This document shows, in pieces, positions 55,822 through 64,000 of a stretch of 64,000 nucleotides of DNA. The stretch is from Adineta vaga. Lineage: Eukaryota > Animalia > Rotifera. The stretch spans positions 4,092,001 to 4,156,000 of the forward strand of contig CP075492.1 of assembly GCA_021613535.1 (NCBI GenBank). Direction: 5' to 3'. The notes beneath the pieces were generated by a model, which saw nothing but the letters and a program-made list of their open reading frames with translations, had not been told where the DNA came from and did no database searches. The number at the start of each line of letters is the position of its first letter. Position 1 is the stretch's first letter. The position numbers were made by a program, and so were the translations under genes.

Positions 55822-58815
55822 TCAAGTTTGTTTAGCTGAAGAAATATTTTGTGGTAAATGAATATCATCATTAATATTATTTTCATCAATTATTGGCCAA
55901 TGTCTTTTCCCATGACCTTCTCCGTGTTTAATGAATTCTTGTGATGAAAGATCATATTGAAAATCATGACCAATGGTAAATGCATGTGCTGCACTTTTTC
56001 GTGAAATCGTTACAATAATTTGCCGATAATTGGGTGGAATAACATCAATTAATTCTCCTTGACCATCTTTTCGAGATGTACAAGCATTTTGTGATACAAC
56101 ACAATTGAAATAAAAATGAACATATTTTGATGGATGACGATTTTCAACAAGTAAAACAAGACCATCCCAATACTTTTTCAATTCATATACAGTTACACCA
56201 TCCGACTGTGTAGAATCTCGATCCGAATGATTTGTTAAACGAACTTGATCACCGTAAAATATACAGAATTTAATTAGAAATTCACGTTCAATTCGTGATG
56301 GAATTCGAATACGTTCGAGATCAACAACATGAGAACTATGAATTGCTAAAACAGAAACAGAAGGTCTCCTTAGAAAACAAAATGCCTATAGAATCACGAA
56401 CCGATAGTAAATTCTGTAGTATCTAAATATTTATTCGTTGGATTGAATAATAATGGTAAAATAACATAAGTTCCTGCTGGTAAATAACCATCTGTTGAAA
56501 TAAATTTATGTTGTCCACGTTGACTTATAATAGGTATCGAATAAATACGATAATTTCCACGAGGTTGTTCTTCCATATTAATGACAGCTATACAAAGACT
56601 GACATCACTTCGATGAATACGAAGATTTTTACTAATCTTTCGATGAAGTGTTATATCCAATTCTGTCGTTGTTGATAAAGACAAATAATATGCTAAAGAT
56701 ATTAGAGTAAAAACTTTCTTTTTAAAAATCAAAGGTAACAATAAACCTTGAATCATTTTTGTAGCTGGATAGAAATTAGCTGAATCTCTGACTTCATACC
56801 AGTTATGTCTTAATTTACAAATATCAACACATTCAAAATATTTCACAAATGATACAAATGGCATCCAAAAAACACCATCACGTTTATTACGTTTTTCATT
56901 TAATAATTCACGACGTAAATCAGGATTTTCTAACCATAAACGAGAACTATCTGACCAATCACCTACAACATATTTATTTTCAAAAGTATATGTATATATA
57001 TATAACTTCTCAAAAGAGAAAAAGAAATATTCGTTACCAGTCCATCGATATGCTCCACCCCATGGATTTCTCAATTTTACTAATCGATGTCTTCCACTCT
57101 TTGATTGTTGAACATCTTGTAATGAATAGGCATGAATATTCAATAAGCCATATTTTTCAAATTCTTCTTTACTAAGAAGACTATTACTACACATTGCACA
57201 CATAAGAAATCCTTGTAAACGTGCATTGAGTAGTACTGACCACAAACGATCATAATCAACATTTTTATCATCGGGATTGTTTGAACGACCAAGTATTAAT
57301 GTTTCACATGGACTTCCAGTAACAGTAGCTAAACCTAATCTCAATCAAATACTTTATAAGTCTGATAATATAGTAAAAACAAATCGAAAAACCTTCACAA
57401 CAACGACCAGCAATGATGGCTTCATAACTACCATTTAACTTCGCCATGGCTTTTTCAATTAATGGAACCTAAAAATTGTATTTCTTATTCAGATATTTAA
57501 ACAATAGACGATAAGATTTACCCATAGTTGTTTTCGATGTGCTTGAGAATAAGCCAGAGTTTTATCGACTGTACATGGAAGACGATCATCAACCAAAACT
57601 TGAGTCCATTCACCATCTAAAATTCAGAGTTCATCCATTATCAATTATAATCTCACATTTTTATTTACCTTTACATAAACGAACACAATAAATTCCTTCA
57701 TAATTATATTGTTTTGTAATTAATACCTGATTTCATAGAAAGAATTGAATCAAATAAAAACCTAAATATTTCTGAAATTTCTTACTCTTGCCAAATATTC
57801 TGGTTCTTCAGCAAGAACACTTAATGCTGTGATAAACCAACAATCACCTAATGCACCTTGTAATACATCATTCGGTTTTGGATCACGAAAAACAGCCCAT
57901 TGTGTTCGAACGTTATCACTCCATTCTTGAGGATAGATTTGATCAGGTCTTAACCATTGAATTTGATTTTTTGATGACGACGATTGTAAATCATATTGTT
58001 GATTATCTGGAAGAATTGCTAGAGTCGATTTTGACAAAGAACTTCCATTGATATAAAGTGAATGAGGTGATGCAGGAAAAGTATCATCTCTAAATTTACT
58101 ATGAGATTGTATACAAGCACGAAGAATTTTCTCTACATGTTGTAGAACAATATGTTCGTCAACTTCTCGTTTGTGTGCAGAAAGAACACTACGACGATGA
58201 ACATCTTCTTCTTCAATCAATGGCTTACTCTCATTTCTCTGAGTTGATGATCGGTTTGAACGACGCATACTTGAGGAATGTCTACTAAACACAAAAGGAA
58301 TATTAATATGATGAAAAAAAAATGTTTTCTATTTACCTAGTTGAGCTTGTTGGTGGTGCTAAGATTGATTTCGGTTGTTGAGAAATTTTTTGTGAAGTTA
58401 CATCCATATGATCCATAATTGGAATGTAAACATTAATTTTATTTGAACCACATTCAGAGCAAATTTGAGCATCAGTTTCGTTTTTCATATGACAGAATTG
58501 ACATTGCCACTGACGTCGAATCACAGATAATTTTGTTTGTGTTATACGATGATGCTGATCATTGTGATTTGAATGCTCTGACGATCGTGATCGTTGCTGT
58601 TGATGGTGATGATGATGTAGACGAGAATGTCTTGTTGGTTCTTTTGTTTGTGAATTTGGTGAGTGTAGTCCGGATGAAGGTTGATCAGTATGATGTCGTG
58701 ATTGAAAAGATAATTCGTGGTTAAATGCGTGAAGTATTTGATTAACTGATGCTTCAACTTCTTCAGATACACCTGGTACTAAGGAAAAGTTTTCTTGAGA
58801 AAATGTAACACCCAT
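55822..58815 (-). CDS. CAPN15: Calpain-15 / small optic lobes (SOL)-like protease
   Basis: RanBP2 zinc finger [10 protein letters not shown]...CSECG; catalytic [13 protein letters not shown] and NPWG; SOL-type C-terminal domain. Confidence 0.9.
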
Positions 58816-59019
58816 TGACCCTGATTCTATATCTTTTTTTTCTCTCTTTTTGATGTTCTTAACCTTCTCCTTTGCCAATCAGATGTGATTACAAAATGCA
58901 AAACCAACGATGATTTCCTTTATCGACAGTCGAATACCCTCATGTTTGATACAAAACGACAGCATAATAACTTTGCGATAATGACGAATAAGACAGAAAG
59001 AACAAAATAACGATCAAAG

Positions 59020-59300
59020 AAAATGAAGAAACAGAATCAATCGACCAAAAAATAAAACGAAACCAGACAGATAAACGTTTTGTACAGAATCAAGGATACT
59101 TTCGAAATATATAGATACATATAACTATATAATATTTTCATTTGCTTATAGTGTCCTCTATAATTTTCTCCTCTTTTATTTAACTAAATAAATCATTTAT
59201 TATTTTATTTTAGATGATTATATATACTCTTCGTCTAAAATGTTCGTCGAATTTGCATCGTCAACATTCAAAAAGATAAAAATAATAAAATTGGTATTAG
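59020..59300 (+). pseudogene. Third, collapsed relic of the NATD1-MRPS26 unit
   Basis: Upstream motifs AATCAAGGATA and AGTGTCCTCTATAATTT are followed directly by CTAAATAAATCATT...TTTTAGATG and a decayed MRPS26 start. Confidence 0.65.
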
Positions 59301-59862
59301 CAAAAAAACAAAGTTCAATTATTAATCGAATAATGTGTCATAGAAACAAACGGACAGCAATATAAGACTATAGAAAAATCTTCAGTTCATTTTAAAAGAA
59401 AATTTGAAGAAATTATTCGATTAAATGTTTTCTATAATTTATGAGTTCAATCAAAGGCCGTAGTTACTATAATACTTTCAATAGTATTATATACCACCGA
59501 GTCAGAATGATTGATAGCTTCAAGAAAAGCAATCATATCAAACGTGTTATCGTTTTTTCATGGATAATAGGCAGTTTTATAAAAAAATCTCATATATTCA
59601 AGATAGTCTTCTTCAATCATGTGGAAACTTTGAGCAACTGAAGACTTCAATATCACGATACTATTGCTAAAAGAGTTCTATAAACTTTTGCTCGGCATCA
59701 TTCTTTCATTGATACCAATGTTCGACTCTTGGACCTCTGCCGTTTTCATGATTCTTTCCTATAGTTTATTTTTTAGACCAAACACATTGAGAAAAATAGA
59801 TAAAAAACATAACCATACTTATCCTATGTGATACAACAGCAAATTATTCTTTAAAATATATG

Positions 59863-60959
59863 CAGAGGTGCAGAATCTTCCAAAAAATAAAAAAATTCCG
59901 CAAACTGTTTTATCTTCGTTGCTCACCGACCAACTTTATTTCACAAAAACTAGAAAGAAAAAACATGGCAACATTTTGTTCTGTTCGTTATTATTCATAC
60001 AACATAGGAATTCGTTCGACTTGGTCTTTTCTCAGACGGTTCAAAACAACCGAACCAGGCGAAACTAATTTGAATAGACGGTAATGGCCTGTTTTTTAAA
60101 GAAAATCCAGTTTTTATCTTTTAATTGAAAGAAATAGTTGTTGAGGGAGGATTTTATGAATGGATCTGCTAGATGAAGCGGTGGTGCATTCCAATGTAAC
60201 ATCACTTCTTCGTCTAAGGAGTCGTGATCCAGAACTCGATTGCTACGAATGTGTTGCTTCAGGATTGAAGCAGCACTCTCGCAAACAGCTTCACTTCTGA
60301 TTTTGACAACCATCAGAGAATAGAAATGTAGAAACTGTTCGATATTATTGGCCAGATCTTTGTTCGTGAAGAAAGATTTCATCACTTTTGTCGTTGCAAT
60401 TCTATCATCTTTTGTCCAAACATTCCAATTTCCCTTGTGTTTCAATTCTTTCAAACATCGTTTCTTCCATCCCAAATATTGATCATTCAGTAAAATATTG
60501 TCGATCTTGATATGTTTTGAATCGTTCTTCGTAAACTCAAGGAGAGTTTGGAACGATGACTGTCCATACTGAAGCACATCCTCTCTTTTGGCCAAAACGA
60601 CTTGTTGATACAGTGCTGCTACTTGAGTTTGGTTTTATTCAATGAGATTAACGACGCAGAAGAGAAGAAAGCTAGAAACGCATAAAGAGAACGAGAAACG
60701 AATAGTAACTAGAATAACGAAGTTATGTATGTGTACGTCCATCTTTAGATGGACGTAAAGGGAAGAAATGAAAGAATCAAATGTGTATAGTTTTAGCAAG
60801 ATGAAGAATAGACTACACAAGTAAAGCAACAAACTCAAAAGAATGATTTATATCATATATGTAATTATGAGAAGAACAAAATTTCCCCAGTATAACAACT
60901 TTTCAAAAAATTCCCCCCCCCCCGCGCGGGGGCGCACGAGGAAGATTCTGCATCTCTCG
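59863..60959 (-). mobile_element. Internally deleted hAT-like DNA transposon carrying a transposase C-terminal fragment (60065-60595)
   Basis: TIRs match at 17/19: CAGAGGTGCAGAATCTTCC and GGAAGATTCTGCATCTCTC. The ORF has a dimerisation-like motif IRSEAVCESAAS...LHWNAP. TSD degenerate. Confidence 0.7.
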
Positions 60960-61895
60960 AATACTCTTTCGTGTAATCATATACATTGTATTATGTGTTT
61001 ATCATTCATAAAGGATAAAACGTGGTGAGAACTGTATTACAAAAATAAGAATATAGTAGAATATCGTGAAGAATTTATTGGTATGAATTATCTAAAACGT
61101 ATTATACTATGTTTCAATCTGTAATGTTTGTTGTTATTTTTTCTTGTCGTAATTAATATTTTATTACTCTTTGTAATTATCGATAAAAATGATCCGATGA
61201 TATTTACCATGAACATGGACATTTGAAAATAGTATGCGCACAGTTGTTTGCTTTGTTATAATTAGACGATAGTTGATGCGACAATTCTTATTTATATTTA
61301 TCATCTAGATATGATCCATAAAATATTCATTTTATATGTATACCGTAAACTTATTGTATATAAACAAGTTTTTCTTTTTTTCGTTTTCTTGGTATAGTTC
61401 AAAAAATGCGTACATATCAACTCTGACGTATAATATAACTGCATTCGTATTCGTTCATAAGCAACAACCTTTCATTTGCATTTATTTTTATGAAGAACTA
61501 GTTATTTTCAGATTACACAACTAAATTAAATGAATAAACTTTATGCATTTCGATTCAGTTTGAAAACCATATTACTTTGTTCTTTTCAGTTATTTAATCG
61601 AACATAGAAGATGCCGAAGAAGAATTTTTTTCATTGATAGTAAAGTAAAATAAAAAAATCGATCAAGCGAAATATAAAATCAAACACATAGATGCCTTGT
61701 CAGCATCAAGGATAACTTCCAAATAGACGCGGATAGATATAAAATATTTTCATCGCTTCTAGTGCCCTCTATAATTTCTTCATCGGATTGATATTTTTTC
61801 CTCTCTTGGTTATTTATCTCAATAACAAAATCATACTTTACTTACTTCACCTACTCTCAAGTTTATTTTAGTCTAGGAACAGTAATTAATTATCC

Positions 61896-62297
61896 ATGGA
61901 TGTTATTCATGATGAAAAAAAACAGGAATTTAAAATTGATTTGGACAAATCATCATCCGACAAAGGTTGAACACGATTTTCTTCTCTACTTTTGAATAAA
62001 ATCATACTTTCTCAAAATTTTAGCATATTTAACCTATGAAATCAAAGGTGATACAATTGACTTTCAACACACTTATGTTCCACCGAATTATCGTGGCAAA
62101 GGCCTTGCTGAAAAACTCGTTCTAGTAAGATTATCTTCTTGCAAAATACATGTTCTATCATTCGATATTTTCTTGTTTAGAGTGCATTAGATTATGTTGA
62201 AAAAGAAAAATCTATTCAAAAGATCACACCATCATGTTCCTATGTTGCTAAATTTTTAACACATGTTCCACAATATGCTCGCTATTTGGCTAAATAA
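61896..62297 (+). CDS. Small GNAT acetyltransferase, NATD1/YjdJ-like; exons 61896-61965, 62024-62124, 62181-62297
   Basis: HTYVPPNYRGKGLA acetyl-CoA motif and PSCSYV. Confidence 0.85.
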
Positions 62298-62329
62298 ATC
62301 ATTCGTTTTCTTCCTTTACTTTATTTTAG

Positions 62330-63052
62330 ATGACTACTATTCGTTTGAAACTTCCATCGAATTTATATCGTCCATGGAAACCGTTATATCGTCAACGATC
62401 GAAAAAACAAAAAGATCCACCTGCACCTTATACACCATTAGAACAACAAATCTACGACCATGCAAAGATTAAATTTGATCAAAGAGTTAATATATTAAAA
62501 TCGATATTTGCAAAAGAAAGTCAATCATTATCAACGAAATCTCGATTTGCTCAACTGCAATTGAAAGCAGAAGAACAAGAATTTAAACAATTGATTAATA
62601 TGGTCAAGTAAGTTGTTTTCATTCTTAGAATAGTTATTAAGTTCATTTGGATTTTTTGTTCTAGTCAAGAGAATGAACGTTTACTTGCTATGCGTCGTGA
62701 AGATGAACGTGTTGCAGTTGAAGAAGAAGAACGAATTCGATCACAAGTTCTTAACATCTTATCTGAAAAACAATTTCGTGAACATTTAAATATCGAAGAC
62801 GAAGTGAAACAAATGAAAGCAGAATCTCGTTCATGGATTAATCCAAATGATCTATCACGAGAAATTGAACGAATGCTCAATGAAAAGCATGATTATAATT
62901 TTTCAATTGATTTAGCGGGTAAAAGACGAACACAAACAGGAAAAGAAATTCCTGATGATACCAAACCAAAACTAGTTTCTATCTCATCATTTGAATCGGA
63001 ACCAAAGATTGTTGCAAGAAAACCGCCTGGTGCTTCAAAATATGAAGAATAG
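62330..63052 (+). CDS. MRPS26: Mitochondrial ribosomal protein S26-like, 2 exons
   Basis: Basic N-terminus, long coiled coil, and SWINPNDLSREIERMLNEKHDYNFSIDLAG. Confidence 0.7.
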
Positions 63053-63141
63053 AATATGTTTTTCTTTTTCAAATAAAAAACAGTTACTGATTGTTACCGT
63101 TGTTAGGAGAATGTTAGCGAACATTTGTGTTTTTCTTTCAG

Positions 63142-63585
63142 ATAAGTATGAAAGAGAATTTCTCGTTCAACGTCTGGTTGTACTAATCAAATTAAAACAA
63201 GAAATGGAAAGAAAAAGAAAGATTCACCGATGAGAAAATCAAAGAATCGTCGTCAAGTGATGATGATGAACCAATTCGAACACCAGTGCAATTAAAAATC
63301 GAAGTACGATGTTTAAAGATACCGAATATTCGTTCTCATGAGTTTGTATTTTTTCTGTCTAGTTTCTTAATTCAATTATGGTTCGGCAATGGGAATTGGC
63401 AAAGAAGCTGTGTCAATTTATGTTAATGTTCAAGCACCGAAACCAGTCAATGCTTCTTTATCACGCAAATGTACACATCATTAGTGATAACATAAAAACA
63501 AATAATATTCTCGTCCATTTTAATATAATTTTGTTTGTTTTTCTAAACATATTTTTTTCAATTCAAAATAGATCTCAATCGAATA
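63142..63585 (+). pseudogene. Degenerate ERICH2 copy with 3' UTR
   Basis: PIRTPVQLKIE|FLNSIMVRQWELAKKLCQFM followed by a deletion to KPVNASLSRK; homologous to 36850-37646. Confidence 0.85.
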
Positions 63586-64000
63586 TTTTACACTCCATAA
63601 ACTATAGCTCACATTCTATTCCTATTTATATAACTACTTTGATAAGAAAAACCATAAAAATTCTGCTGGAAATTTATGAAAGAATACTGGATAAATATGT
63701 AACATTAAAACCTGCTTCTTCTGCTTTAAAAAGGTTGAGAAAGAAAGTTCATTCAACTTCTCCGAGTAACGAACAAAATCAAACTTTCTATAAATCTTCA
63801 ATTATAATGATGACATCTTATATTATAAAAAACATGGTTTTATTTATCTTTTTCATTAGATAGAGAAATGATGTCAAGTAAGTCTTTAGAGAGAGATCTA
63901 CGAGATGAAATAATATTAATAAATATAGATATGAAATTTCTTTCTAAACAAAAAGTGTGGCTACTTTCTCTTCTTCACAGTATACATATAAATTGATGAA

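Noticed and set aside
63600-63863. 161-aa ORF at 63378-63863
   Set aside because: Read-through from the ERICH2 relic into UTR and low-complexity sequence; no support as a gene.
1-64000. Bacterial or fungal contamination explaining the foreign-type genes
   Set aside because: Those genes carry host-style short introns, have similar base composition, and are interleaved with metazoan genes.

Overview
AT-rich eukaryotic DNA with short (about 45-60 nt) GT-AG introns and compact genes. Metazoan housekeeping genes are mixed with intron-containing genes of bacterial/fungal type; this mix is most consistent with a bdelloid rotifer, which is an inference. Intact-looking genes: a PDZD4/PDZRN-like gene, eRF3, TEFM, an oxalate-decarboxylase-like bicupin, a 52-aa micro-gene, a claudin-like protein, a GT10 fucosyltransferase, NCOA5, a heme-thiolate peroxygenase, a galanin/kisspeptin-type GPCR, UBALD, UQCRC2, ERICH2, LIG1, two tRNA-Met, calpain-15/SOL, a NATD1-like GNAT and MRPS26. 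An HSL-family esterase has a 1-nt frameshift, and there are two hAT-type elements. The dominant feature is local duplication with reciprocal gene loss. A direct eRF3-TEFM duplication keeps one live gene per copy. An old inverted duplication of ERICH2-MRPS26-NATD1-SOL keeps each gene live in only one arm. A younger inverted LIG1-tRNA duplication is nested inside it. Dead copies decayed largely through deletions flanked by microhomology. The duplicated units look like trans-spliced operons: NATD1 and MRPS26 are separated by 32 nt that consist only of a splice acceptor. A fixed-spacing ATTGG-N14-CCAA(T/C) dyad lies upstream of three unrelated housekeeping genes. All alignments and identities were judged by eye.
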